A DNA stretch of 64,000 nt. Source: Octopus sinensis. Lineage: Eukaryota. The notes beneath the pieces are model-generated. The model had not been told where the DNA came from and did not search any database. It worked only from the letters and a program-made list of their open reading frames with translations. Location of the stretch: assembly GCF_006345805.1 (NCBI RefSeq), contig NC_043008.1, positions 44,950,001-45,014,000 on the forward strand, in the 5' to 3' direction. Shown piece after piece: positions 1 through 12,670 of this stretch (positions are counted from its first letter, which is position 1; each line of letters opens with the position of its first letter). The translations under genes and the position numbers were made by a program.

Positions 1-1629
1 TGTATGTATGTATGTATGACGCTGACACAACAGAAACGATCCTCGGGGTTGTATGATGCCATCACCAATTAAAGATTTGATTTTCTTCATTCTTATTCTC
101 GTGGCTTATACTCCAAATTTCGAGGAATTCTTCTAAACAATATTTAGGTTTACTTGTCATACCCGAGGAATTACCTTGGATGTTTATTTCACTTGCATAG
201 GTGTCAATTCATTACAGCTGTTTCCAACGAATATTTTGATTGATTAATCGGTACATCATACCATTAACAAAAACCGCTTTTTTCAGATGACTGCATGAAC
301 CACAGTATTGGAAACATTTAAAAACATTTAAAATCCACGGTATGTGCATAGTTTTCCACGATCTTCGCATATCTACACAGTTGGGTTTACTTAATTGCAT
401 ACCTAACCTGAATATATTTCTGCCTGAACTTCGACACCAATGTTTGTATTCGTCTATATTTTTTCGAACGTTGAATTGCCGATAGAACAGTAGAAATACT
501 GCGTAAATTTACCCTAACCAGGCAGAAACATTTGTTAACAACAGCCACTGGATGCGAACCAACATCTCCTTGTTCGTGTCGTACAATACACGCTTCGACG
601 CTTCTAATTAAAACAAAAGTTAGTTTGCTTATATTTATTCACACGTGTTGTTCAATAAAATATTTAGCGTCTGATTCGGAAGATGAATTTGTCAGCGGGC
701 AGTTTAACTTAATAGAAAAGCACTCAGCTAGAGTCTTGGGGGATGTGGGTTCGAGCCCCATGGCTGTTTGTTGACGAACCTTTCCACCTGGTAACAGTAG
801 TTTACCCAATATTTCTGCTGTTCTGACGGCAATTCTGCGTTCGAAAAAATATTTTCTTGCTTGTATCGTGCAATGCACATTTCGATGCTTCTAAAAAAAA
901 AATCTGATGTTAGCTTGCTTATATTTATACAAATTATTTTGTATTTACACGTAAAAAATCAAAGCTAATGAATAACTTATGTACAAGATGTAAAAACGAC
1001 ACTAGCTTTTTATTAGAAAAGACTTAGGGGTTAAAATACATTGTCAATTTTGCTTAAATCGTTACCATGTAATTCTTTAAATATGTATATATATAGTAAA
1101 GCACTAAATTATGTAATATTAAATTTTATATTTCAAACTTACAGCCAATTAGTCTTTTCACGAAAAGTGAAAAACAATATATAAAAGGGTATTTATTATT
1201 ATTTTTGTTTTTAAATTCTAATCTCGGCAGTGATATTTTAAGTTTTTTTCTTTTGTCCTGCACCTTTCCAGGTTCAATATTTAAGAATATTCTAGCCTTC
1301 TGTGCCCACGTTTTTTTATTCTATTACTGCTTGCCTTGAACTTTTCCAGGTTCAATATTCTAGCACTCTGCACTCGCATGTTTCATTCTGGTTCGCTTTT
1401 TTGACGCAACGCTTCTATTATCATAATTAATTATATTTACCTTTATAATAAAAAAGAAAAATAATACTGTTATAAATATTTTTTAAATAAATTAAGATTT
1501 TGTTCAAGAAGAGAAATTTTGTTGCACCTAAGAATAACATAGGATTGATAGCAGTCCATGATATCAATTTTAAAATTATGGAGAAAAACCATAGAATTAT
1601 CAATAACTATATTAATGTGAGGAGATTTA

Positions 1630-1895
1630 ATAGACGGAAACTGAAAGAAGCCCGTCGTATATGTGTATGTATGTGTGTGTGTGTATGTGTTTGTGTGTGT
1701 GTGTGTGTATGTTTGTCCCCCCCAACATCGCTTGTTGGTGTGTTTACGTCCCCGTAACTTAGCAGTTCGGCAAAAAGAGACCGATAGGATAAGTACTAGG
1801 CTTACAAAGAATAAGCCATGGGGTCGATTTGCTCGATTAGAGGCGGTGCTCCAACATGGCCGCAGTCAAATGACTGAAACAAATAAAAGAATAAA
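1630..1895 (+). mobile_element. SINE family A (tRNA/CORE-type), 5'-truncated
   Basis: Matches the 3' two-thirds of fuller copies at 20944 and 39548 (gacggaaactgaaagaagcccgtcg...internal TG repeat...catggccgcagtcaaatgactgaaac tail). Confidence 0.9.
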
Positions 1896-1917
1896 TATTA
1901 TTTTTTTTAATGAATAT

Positions 1918-2140
1918 ATTTCTTTAGTGCCCACAATGGGCTAAACATAGAGGGGACAAACAAAGGGATTAAGTCGATTACATCGACCCCAGTGCGTAAC
2001 TGGTACCTTATTTATCGACCCCGAAAGGATGAAAGGCAAAGTTGACCTCGGCTGAATTTGAACTCAGAACGTAACGGCAGACGAAATACAGCTACGCATT
2101 TCGCCCGGCGTGCTAACGTTTCTGCCAGCTCGCCGCCTTT
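1918..2140 (-). mobile_element. SINE family B (tRNA head plus Meta-like central domain)
   Basis: Reverse complement of aaggcggcgagctggcagaaacgttagc...gagttcaaattc...ctttgcctttcatcctttcggggtcgataaa; same family as 9921 and 22232. Confidence 0.9.
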
Positions 2141-3049
2141 AATTTTTTAAATGAATAGTAATAATGATAGAGAGAAGAGTAATGCAACAATCAAGGGAGA
2201 GAACAAGCGAAGAACAACGGTTTAGATCTAGATTTACACAGGAAAGCGACACACTTATGGCGTTTTGTATTTACTGAGAGATCAATCAAGCGAGCTAATA
2301 TAATAAATAAACAATTTTATTTTAAGTAATGAAATACAAGACAAAATTATAATTAGAAATAATTAAGTGGAATTTAAGAAATATTCCAATTCAAAAAAAT
2401 ATCAATGAGATTAATTAGATACATTTTAAAACAATTTTCATTATACAATAATGCTATATTCTAATTAAATAATTAATAATTAATTTTTTTTAATGAGTAA
2501 AATATTTTATTTCAATATGTACATATTTTAATTTATAAATATGATAATAAAAATTAATATGAAATCCAAAAATTATTTTTTTTTTACGCTTAATATTTTT
2601 AGACAGGTGTTCTCAGCATATATTCGTCTCGATGGACTCTTTCAACTGAGTGTAAATAATATTATTTACCCCTTGAATTCGCAAACATATTTGGTTTGTT
2701 AAAATTATCGCCATATTTTTCGCCACGTAAAGTCACACACCTTTTTTGTGGCAAATATTTTTAGACGAGGTTTTCACTAAACGTTTGTTTTCAATGAGCA
2801 CATTTTTCAAACCCAATTAATTTATACTCTTAAAATAACTGAAATATTTTGATTGAAAGTCAGTTTTTTGTCATACTCTTCTACTTTTGACCTCACATAT
2901 TTTAATCTGTTTTTCTAATGAGCCATATTTCAAATATTTTATCTCAAAATATAGCTTAGGACTGGACAATCATTGCTAAACAAATCGCATTCAATATGGT
3001 TGAAAACTGAATTAGTGATGGAGACTAGAAATGATTGCGAGTGAATATG

Positions 3050-3230
3050 TACCGTTGGCGATTTTTTTCCTCTGTCTTCCCTTCTCTGGATCTTTACTTC
3101 TCCTATGTTTCCGACGAAGGGCTCCGCTCGAAACGTTAAACCCTCCTTCTTTCCTGGGCGTTCAATAATTACTATATTTGTTCCACGTCCTCGCGTTGTT
3201 GTATTTTTTTGTGCTTTCATGTTTGGATTA

Positions 3231-3235
<5 letters not shown>
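3050..3235 (+). mobile_element. Penelope-like pseudo-LTR fragment ending in (TA)n
   Basis: Carries a minimal hammerhead motif; a second copy of the same family lies at 26085-26280. Confidence 0.7.
3107..3141 (+). ncRNA. Minimal type I hammerhead ribozyme motif (U4C core variant)
   Basis: gttt CCGACGA a gggc-tcc-gctc GAA acgt T aaac: stem I gttt/aaac, stem II, palindromic stem III, GUU site. Confidence 0.6.
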
Positions 3236-3283
<48 letters not shown>

Positions 3284-3340
3284 ATATATATATTATATAT
3301 ATATATATATGTGTATATAGGTATATAAAATAAATATATA

Positions 3341-3584
3341 ATTAAGAGAAATAACCTCTATTAAGCAATTCAATAGTGAAAGACGCTATCCATATTATTT
3401 AGGAAAAATTTAAATATACTGTAATAAATATTATTAAAAAAATCAATAAATTGATTATTTAATTTATTAATTCATTTATTGATTTTTTGAATAATATTTA
3501 TTATAGTATAATTAAATTTTTTCTATATAATATGGATAGCGTCTTTCACTATTGAATTGCTTAATAGATGTTATTTCTCTAAAT
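3341..3584. repeat. AT-rich fold-back (inverted repeat), ~110-bp arms, in (TA)n context
   Basis: 3345-3397 is the reverse complement of 3528-3580 with one mismatch; symmetry continues inward. Confidence 0.9.
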
Positions 3585-3680
3585 TTTATACATATATTAT
3601 ATATTGTGAAATTTGATTTAGAATTGCTAAATTGAATTTTTCCCTGTAAGCTTGGAAACTATATTCTCTACTATTATTAT

Positions 3681-3712
<32 letters not shown>

Positions 3713-3720
3713 AAAATATA

Positions 3721-3865
3721 TATAAAAATACAAAATGGGACAAGAACGCAAAACATTCAAATAGACGACACAAAAAACGGACGGGTCATTCGAAGCCTCT
3801 AATCTTCAGTCAAGAACCGGATCATCCTCGCAATTTCGGCTGATTAATCTTGAGATCGCTCCGAT
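3721..3865 (+). repeat. Dispersed repeat fragment abutting (TA)n
   Basis: tataaaaatacaaaatgggacaagaacgcaaaa... recurs in reverse complement at ~59812-59895. Confidence 0.7.
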
Positions 3866-3880
3866 ATATATATATATATA

Positions 3881-3914
<34 letters not shown>

Positions 3915-4003
3915 GTGTGTGTGTGTGTGTATATATATATAGATATGTATATCATATATATATATATACATATATATATGTGTGTGTGTGTTTGTGTATA
4001 TAT

Positions 4004-4063
<60 letters not shown>

Positions 4064-5939
4064 GTATATATATATATATATATACACATATATATATACA
4101 TATGCACGTATATGTCTATATAGTCATATACGTGTGTAACTCTGTACATGTTTGTGCTTGTTTGTATTGCTGTGTTTGTGCGTGTATATCTATCTCGCCG
4201 TCTGTTTATCCGTTGTTCGTGTGTGTGAATGTGGGCGTTTGCCATTCATTGAAAGGGCAAAATATGCAGAAGTAATTGAATTCTTAATAAATTGAAATTC
4301 GCTGAAAGGGGTCGGTTTGTTGTTTGTTCACTGAAATTCGTTGTAGTTAATTTTACAAGCATGAGCTCTGTTATAACAATGAATTAATGAATGATTGCTA
4401 TTTAATTCATCTGCACCGATATTAACGAGACAATGAGCTTTACTCAGATAATGGTTAATTACAAAGAAGAAAATCTGTTTTGATGTGAACCGGGCTTCTG
4501 GTTTTGAGAAGATACGAAACTGCAGTCATGAGTATTTCAAAAAATAGCTGCGAAATTTGCCTTAAATCGCACCCTCCTGAATGACATAGTCCTTGATACA
4601 CCGTGTCTGAAATATGTGAAAAGATAATGCTCACGACTGTAGTGTGTTGTTTTAACAGAAGTCTGGTCGTTCAGGGCGAAACTACAACCACAAGTTGCGT
4701 ATTTGAAGGAAAATAAATAAGTGAATGCATAGTTGTGGCGCTCGTATGTTTCCCAAAGTACTTAAGGAGCATACCTGATGTGAACATGAATAGTCGAGAA
4801 TCGAACATGTGTCACAGTTTCAACACATCAGTAGTTTGCTATATAACTCGTCCGGGGACCCTGGATAATTCAACAAAACAAACAACATTGAAACCTTCGT
4901 TAAGTCTGCCCCTTCTCGTAGTGATATGCTACTAACATCGGGAGGACAAGGGCCCCAGCAGGGAAGGAAACTATATGAACAAGAGCGAGTATTTAGATGT
5001 TGTGCAGTAATAGACCTTATATTCTCGGTATAAAGCTTAGTTGATTTTGTATCAAAGAATTATTTGAAGAGAAGTAAAAAGACAAGGCAGAATTTCCAAG
5101 ATTCTAAAACTTAAAGAACGTAGAATTATTGTAACGGAAGTAGAAAAATAGAATTTGCAAGATTCAGAAAACTCTAGGAACAAAGATTTGTTGCAAGGGA
5201 TGTTGAAAGGCATGTACACCATACGTCACATTTGAGAGAGGAAAGAGAGGAAGGGAAGGATTCTTGAACATTCCAGAGAGGGGCATTTGAGAGGGGGAAG
5301 GGAAAGAGAAGGAAGTTTATTTGAACATTCCAGAGAGGTAGATTTGAGCGGGAGAAGGGGAGAAAAGGGGGAAGGCTTCAGAAAACTGGAGTGTCTTGTT
5401 GAGGATTTAAAATTGCCCCAAATCTGTCTCAACCCCTTTAGGTGCCAACCAAAATGATCCACATATTGAAGGTGTTGATGTATCCGATTATCTGGCACGA
5501 ATTAAACATTTGAACTGATAAAAACACTGGCTAGAACGGTTCTACAATACTCTAGTCTGTTTCTACTAAGTAGAACAACAATCTGATCGGTTTATATGAA
5601 TGGTGAGAGAAATTGATGGAACATGTTAATTACTTGTAGATCTAAATTCAAATTATAACGTAAACCATGAAAATCTTCCCTAATATTGCTGATACCATGT
5701 CTGAGACATTAGCTCCTTACTCCGCCATATTTCAGTACCAAAATGGACCCTTAAATTCCATCCCATATACATGACAATATATAAGTCTATTGCATTCTAA
5801 ATTATTGCAATTTTCACCCACATTTATTCATGTCTCAGACATTATGCCTCTGTATAAAAGCATGGTTTCTAATTTAGGCAAAAGTGCTACAGTTTTAAGA
5901 AGAGGGTTTTGGCCAAATTCACTGAAGCCAGTACATGAT

Positions 5940-6060
5940 TGTAACTTTATTGAGTTCGGTGGGACGAAAGGCAAAGTTGACCTCAACTGGATTTCAAAGT
6001 GAAGACCCGTAAGAAATACTGTAAGGCATTTTGTCCGGCATTTTAACGAATTTGTCAGTG
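5940..6060 (-). mobile_element. Degenerate SINE family B fragment
   Basis: gacgaaaggcaaagttgacctc motif and decayed head. Confidence 0.6.
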
Positions 6061-6379
6061 TGTTACTCTATTATTATTTCTTATACAACAAACTCAGCGT
6101 CATTTGGAATTTCATTTCAATAATATCTACGATGTCCCTATGGATAGTTACCATAAATCGCTTTCCTTTGTTCCCAAATATAATTGATTTTACATCGATA
6201 AATGAATCAAATGTAGTCCATTCAGCCGTCACTTGCGAGCGAGCCTGGCTTCATAACAGTTACCATGCTTTCAATAACTGTTTTAAATGTCTATATAGTC
6301 GTGAGCAGAGACAGACACATTTGGCCACCCCACATCCGACCTCGGCCACGCCACATTTGACCTAGAAACACACCCATAA

Positions 6380-6530
6380 CATGAAAGCTGGACGGACACA
6401 GAGCTGCTGGTATTCGTTTACAACCAGTACGCTGGAGCGACGTGAAATCAAATACCTTGTTCAAGGCTACAAAGCGTCGCTCTGATCAAATAATTGAACC
6501 CACGGTAATATGTCCGTTAGATAAATACTC
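6380..6530 (-). mobile_element. Degenerate CORE-type SINE fragment
   Basis: Minus strand reads gcgacgctttgtagccttgaacaaggtattt, resembling the CORE-like segment of the SINE at 31943. Confidence 0.4.
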
Positions 6531-7299
6531 TAATTACCGGACTACTCGCCATTAATTTTAAGTATCAACTACTTCTGTACACGAAACAGATTTCGTTTCA
6601 TGTCCAAGTCAGAAACTTGTTTCACCTTTATCGCTAACATCTATCGGGATGATTTAAACATTATATTAACTCGTACTTCTGCTTCACCAAAGTAATTTTC
6701 TTCTACGCGGATTAAATTACAAGCGACCAAGCTGGACATAGACAACGAATTAAAATTTGATGCAAATATAGAATAAAATAAAGGTGACTATATCTCTGTG
6801 TGCGTGGGTTTAAAATGGTTGTTATGTTACGACTTCCGTACAGCATTTCATATCAATTTGTTTGTCAAATAATTACATCAGCCAACTTGCTATCCCATTA
6901 CATAGGAAATACATCAATATAAAAGGTTGGACGATACAATTTCCACCATGTGTATCGCATCAATCCTTGTCACTGTCAACACATAAACGTTGTTTTACGT
7001 ATATCGTGGTCACAGTTTCAACTCTTCTTTTTCTTATTTTAAGAGGCTTCTGAGTGGTAGCTTTATCTGACGGAAATAGAAAGCAAATATCTTTCACATC
7101 ATACATTTATAAAGGAATTAGACATTGGATAGTGTGGCCTTAGACAGATTATGTCTCAAAAAATAAATCTGACCATAAAACACTTTTAATCCAAGTTTTA
7201 GTTAATCAAGTATGATCTGAGATTAAACTATAGAAGCAAGAGAAAATGCAAGGATAGGTATACAAATAAAAAAATGTTCTATATTTAAAAGATGAGGAA

Positions 7300-7460
7300 T
7301 TATATACATTATTTACATTATTTACATTATTTACATTATTTACATTTGACGGATATTTATCCTCATCTTGTTTGTTGTTAACACAACGTTTCGGCTGATA
7401 CAACCTCCAGCCTTCATCAGGTGTCTTGGGAAAATTTCAAACCAGGGTTCTCAGGGTTTA
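7300..7460 (-). mobile_element. Penelope-like pseudo-LTR end with hammerhead
   Basis: (acattattt)n then tgacggatatt...; a short related fragment lies at ~9270-9310; contains an intact hammerhead core. Confidence 0.7.
7380..7425 (-). ncRNA. Minimal type I hammerhead ribozyme motif, canonical core
   Basis: gacac CTGATGA a ggctg-(10 nt)-cagcc GAA acgt T gtgtt. Confidence 0.8.
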
Positions 7461-8140
7461 GGTAGAAGGAGGGGAATTTGAGAGGGGGAAAAGGAGGAAG
7501 GGGTGGAAGGGAGGTAGAAATCTTCAGCATTTTAGAGAGGGGGAATTGAGAGATATAAGGGGATGAAGGGGAGGAAGGATTCCTGAGCATTCAAGAGAGG
7601 GTGACCTGAGAGTGAGAGAGGGATGAACATTCCAGAGAGGGCGATTTGAGAGGTGGAAGCGGAGGAAGGGGTGGCAGGTGTTGAAGGTTTCTTGAACATT
7701 CTCGCGAGGGGCATTTGTGAGAGGGGTGGGGCGGAAGGGTTGAAAGGGGAGGAAGCGTTCTTTAACATTCCAGAGAGGTGCATTTGGTAGGGGAAAGTGG
7801 GGAGGTGTAGGAATTGGAGGAAGTGCTCTTGTTCATATTAATTAATAAATGAATGATAAAAAGGGATCTAAATTATGCGATCCTTTTTTTTAGTGTACAG
7901 GTATCTTGGTCTAGGAAACTGTGCACCCTCCCACCCTTCCTCCCCTTTCCCCCTCAGTTTCCCCTCTCTGGAATGTGAAGATTTCTACCTCCCCATCCTC
8001 TCCTTCCCTCTCCCAATTCACCCTCTCTGTAATGTAGTGGATTTCTAACACCCCTTCCTCCCCTTCCTCCCATTTCACCCTCTCAATTCCCCCTCTTTGG
8101 AATGTTGAAAATTTCTTCCTCCCTTCCTCCTCTTCACCCT
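7450..8140. repeat. Degenerate purine-rich tandem repeat followed by a pyrimidine-rich inverted counterpart
   Basis: Units with gaacattccagagagggg at 7450-7830; complementary ccctctctggaatgt-like units at 7925-8140; similar units at 5225-5400. Confidence 0.6.
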
Positions 8141-8899
8141 ATAGTGCATTGTTTCCTATAGCCGAAACAACTGTAAGCTTTTGAAGGTTATGACGTAAAT
8201 CTTTTCCAAGTGTTATTCATTTAATTACATGCATATATATATATATATATATATGCACACATATATACGTGTATACATACAAGCATGCATGCGTGCGTGT
8301 GCGTGTCTGTGTGTGTATGTGAGTGTACATATGCATCTATATACATAAGAGCTTTGTAGTTGCCTTCAAGAAAACTTAAAAATGCAGAGAAATTTCTAAT
8401 ACGGCGAAATGAAGATTTATATTTTGTTAGTTCCTTATATTTCGGGTGAGTTACTCATCTACAGAGAAAAACAGGGAAAGCATTATCTAAGATCGGAGGT
8501 CGTTCGCGTGTAATTTTATTCGGTGGAAACTGTATAGAAGCCTGTTGAATGGTTTGTACCTGTAATTTAAAAAATGTACAGCTTTGTCTGTGGAATACTC
8601 AACCAATTACACGTTCAAGGGCAGGTAATTCAGTTAACTGGATAACTGAATATTTATCGTCAACCGATGGAGATTTGCCAAATATTTCGGTAAACTAAAC
8701 CAGTTTCACACTTTCCTAAAGTAATGACCACCCCAGGTGAATCTCATATATATAAAACTCGCTTATATTTTGATTCTGTAAATAAAATTAATGAGTATCG
8801 CAACGTTTTCGTAGACTTTGCGACTGGTCTGAAAGAAATCAACTTGTCACCGACAGAGGGTGTATGGTGATGAGGAAGACAAAAGGAGTGAAGATGAGT

Positions 8900-9170
8900 C
8901 TCGTATTTTGTCTACACTTTTTATAGGTTAATCAAAGAAAACGGAACGTTGTCCTTGACCATTCCAAGCTGTCCTAGGATGCTGAGATCGATGCGGTTAA
9001 TGTTCAGAATGCACATCAATAGGTTGTCAAAAACGGAAACATTGAGAGATGGAGTTCCAGAGTGTAGGAAGGATTAAGCGAAGGGATTAGTGCGAGATGT
9101 TAGGTGATGCATTGTGGGAATTACAGAATAAGGAGACAGACGTATCAGGCGAGGAAATGACTTTAGTAGA
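8900..9170 (-). mobile_element. Decayed L2/CR1-group LINE 3' end
   Basis: Minus-strand translation RTNPFA*SFLHSGTPSLNVSVFDNLLMCILNINRIDL resembles the RTxxxxxSF..LWNSLP...NL..FK..IN C-terminus. Confidence 0.45.
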
Positions 9171-9514
9171 ACAAGAAGAATCGAACTTTGATCACGGGCT
9201 CAATTTTTCAGGAAATTACTTTTAATCTCACAGCGCTGCTTAAACATAAATATAAATAGGTTTTTATTTACGTTATTTACATTATTTACATTTGACGGAT
9301 ATTTTTCCTCTGTATTTTTCTTCTGACTCATAAAAAAGTTTGGAGTGGAGGGCACCAGTGGATTGGCAGCTCTTCACTGCTGGAGGTCAGTAATATTGTG
9401 CATTGCAAGTATAAGTATAACGAGTTCCAACAACTAGTTAATGGTACTGCTATACTAAACAGATATCATTACACACACACACACACACACAACACACACA
9501 CACTCACACATACA

Positions 9515-9552
<38 letters not shown>

Positions 9553-9920
9553 CTCACACACACACACACGCGGAAATACAGTTACACGTGTTAAACTACG
9601 CAAGAAAAAATTCTTCAAAGATAATCTGTTAATTCAATATGGCGAGTCTGCCTCACTGTGGAAATAGAAACAGACGACTTGAAGTGCCTGTTTCATAGTC
9701 TTCGATGGACAACGGACAAGTAGATAGCTATAAAGAATATACACAGAGGGATAAATAGGCAGACAGAGAGATAAGTGGACAGAAAGATGGCGATGAGCGT
9801 GTAAGCATGTGTTTGTATGTATATATGCGTGCGTGCGTTTGGGTGTGTATATGTGCATATACAGAAGGAAGGAGAGAGGAAAAAGGAAGGGAAGAAAGTT
9901 TCACAATATATATTTTGTAG

Positions 9921-10504
9921 AAGGCGGCGAGCTGGCAGAAACGTTAGCACGTCGGGCGAAATGCTGAGCGGTATTTCGTCTGCCGCTACGTCCTGAGTTC
10001 AAATTCCGCCGAGGTCGACTTTGCCTTTCATCCTTTCGGGGTCGATAAATTAAGTACCAGTTGCGCACTGGTTTCGATGTGATCGACTTAATCTGTTTGT
10101 CTGTCCTTGTTTGTCCCCTCTGTGTTTAGTCCCTTGTGGGTAGTAAAGAAATAGATATTTCGTCTGTCGCTACGTTTTGAGTTCAAATTCCGCTGAGATC
10201 AACTTTGCCTTTCATCCTTTCGGGGTCGATAAATAAAGTACCAGTTACGCACTGGGGTCGATATAATCGACTTAATCTGTTTGTCTGTCCTTGTTTGTCC
10301 TCTCTGTGTTTAGTCCCTTGTGGGTAGTAAAGAAATAGGTATTTCGTCTGTCACTACGTTTTGAGTTCAAATTCCGCTGAGATCGACTTTGCCTTTCATC
10401 GTATCGGGGTCGATAAATTAAGTACCAGTTGCATAGTGTGGTCGATGTAATCGATTGGTCCCTCCCCCAAAATCTCGGGCTTTGTGCCTAGAGTAGAAGA
10501 GAAC
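9921..10504 (+). mobile_element. SINE family B with internal 184-bp tandem triplication
   Basis: Full head at 9921; units start tatttcgtc at 9972, 10156 and 10340; probable 12-bp TSD atat(a/g)ttttgta at 9907-9918 and 10505-10516. Confidence 0.9.
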
Positions 10505-11142
10505 ATATGTTTTGTATGTACGTATGTATATGTGTGTGTGTATACATACACATGAACATAGGCGCACAGACACAAAAAAACTCACTCTCTCTCTCTCTCA
10601 CACACATATATACTCATACACAAACACACACACACCACACACACACACACACTTGTGTGGGTATCATTAGGAGACAGTAGTCTGGTTAGCTTTTATAAAA
10701 ATACTCTATATTTATTTCAGCGACAATCCGAAAGCTACGTTATTATTGGTTATACACACAGAGTTGAGAGAAGCCACGTATGAGGCTTGCTGTGCAGCAC
10801 TTAAATTGATTACAACTATTCGTGTGAATCTTGTTAAGAAAAGAGAATTGAGTAAATGCCAATGTTTATATGCAACATCTTGTTCTCAGCTGGCTCTACA
10901 CGGATGTACAGCACTTGTAAATGTAATGCAATAAGAATAATTGGCGAATAGCGCTGGAAACTGGTATACACTCACCCAGTAAGGACAGGGAGGAACGTGA
11001 TTTTAAATCATAGTTAAAACCTAGCTTATAAAACCGATGCCTTTGAGAAGCACGTGAATGTTTCAATATGTTACTTCTATTTCCTACTGGGTGTTCGGGG
11101 CAAATTTTCACAGTCTGCATAAAAGTAAAAGAAAGCACAATA

Positions 11143-11510
11143 TCTCTCTCTATATATAAACGGCAAAATGTGGTGTGTGCGTGTCCTTTATACAAATCCA
11201 CAATTTTTCAGTTAGAGGGATCGCACTTTCTATGGTCATTCAAAACCGTCCAAGGGTGATCGTGCACATCTTTACATTTCCCCAGTCACCCGGCAAAGCC
11301 ATTAAAAAAATCAATGGAAGTGACTTTTTTGTGAATTTTCTATCCAAAACCCAATCAAAATGCCCGAAACTTGATACGCCGATTGAATGCCAGCTAGCTG
11401 TATGTGATTGGTCGGAGATTTGGACAGTACTCACGTGTATGTGCGCACGCACGCTGCTGTATATGCCTGCACTAACACTATGACCCTGCGTTGCCGGGTC
11501 ATAGTGGTAG
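11143..11510 (+). mobile_element. Non-autonomous Helitron-like element
   Basis: A|TC start, subterminal hairpin ctatgaccc-tgcgttgcc-gggtcatag, end GTAG|T (CTAG variant), A-T target, no TSD. Confidence 0.7.
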
Positions 11511-12015
11511 TCTAAAAATAAAAATGTTTTATAATTTCAAAAAAAAAAAAATCAACTAGTGCAGTAGTCATGATGGCGGCATTTCGACACCTAGCTCCAA
11601 TTATCATGATACTAGTAATTGTTTTCCAATTTTCAGGTGGTTTCCTGTTCTCCATATCGGCTCAACTTTTTCTCGATTACAGCTTTAATCTTTATTCTTT
11701 CCAACGCCGATGAGTGTTCACCAATACCTCTAGCTGTTCCTGAAAAAAAAGGAGACAAAAATCGTAAAATGTAGTCCGAATATCCTGTATAAATTATGAT
11801 AAAATACACGAGATATAAAACCGTTACATGTATGGTGAACAGCGAGAATTAAAACGATGAACAGCATAGCTATTCCGAATAGATTTCGGCAGATTCGAAC
11901 GTGAATCGAATGCGTAATGAACACATTTCCTCTTAAAGGAATATGCATCTCTTATGACAAACACAACTGCGATATTTCTCTCCTCTTCTAAGCAAAGTAA
12001 AAAACATGCGATATA

Positions 12016-12188
12016 TATCTTTTACACCTTATGCCGGTAAATTTGAAACGTTTTTATTAATTTAGTATTAGAATTCTTCAAGATGTAAAAAATAGTTCTT
12101 CATGATAATAATTCATCAAGATGTATATAATAGCTATTGTCTGCATCATTCGAAAGAGAAATAAATTCTGCATAAGGTGTAAAAGATA
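12016..12188. mobile_element. MITE-like element with 19-bp perfect TIRs
   Basis: tatcttttacaccttatgc (12016-12034) and gcataaggtgtaaaagata (12170-12188). Confidence 0.55.
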
Positions 12189-12268
12189 AAAATAATTATG
12201 GTGTTAGTAACAAATTTGTTTTGTAAAAAATAAAACTTTTATCATCGGTCTTAAATTTATTTTCGCCA

Positions 12269-12344
<76 letters not shown>

Positions 12345-12509
12345 TTGACGTCTAATATAAACCGTAGAACCGTCTTAGTGTTGGTTCCAGGTGAGGTGTT
12401 GGTATAAAAGGAAGAAGAGAAATGGGCTTTAAATTTCTCCTACAGTTGTTTCGGTAGAGTTTTGTTCATATATTCATAGATTACACCATAATATAAACCA
12501 CTAGTGTTG

Positions 12510-12670
12510 CTCTGTTCAGTTCCAGTTCCCGTAACATAGCGGTTCGGCAAATGGCACCGAAAGAAGAAGCAGGATTTAAAAATAAGTACTGAGATCGATT
12601 TGTTCGATTAAACTGTATAAAGCAGTGCTCTAGCATGGCTGTATTCCAATGACTGAAATCAGTAAAAGAC
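12510..12670 (+). mobile_element. Old SINE family A 3' fragment
   Basis: cccgtaacatagcggttcggcaaa...gcatggctgtattccaatgactgaaa. Confidence 0.65.

Noticed and set aside
60-420. Minus-strand Cys-containing reading (CEDRGKLC.., CGSCSH..) reminiscent of a PLE linker/GIY-YIG
   Set aside because: Too degenerate; no YIG motif is recoverable in any frame.
3806-4275. ORFs of YI, CV, HT or LS dipeptide repeats (here and at ~18000-18450, 32600-33200, 35450-35800, 40500-41400, 42990-44300, 55190-55730, 59140-59630, 62077-62394)
   Set aside because: They are translations of (TA)n, (TG)n, (CA)n and (CTAT)n microsatellites that lack stops in some frames; no coding signal.
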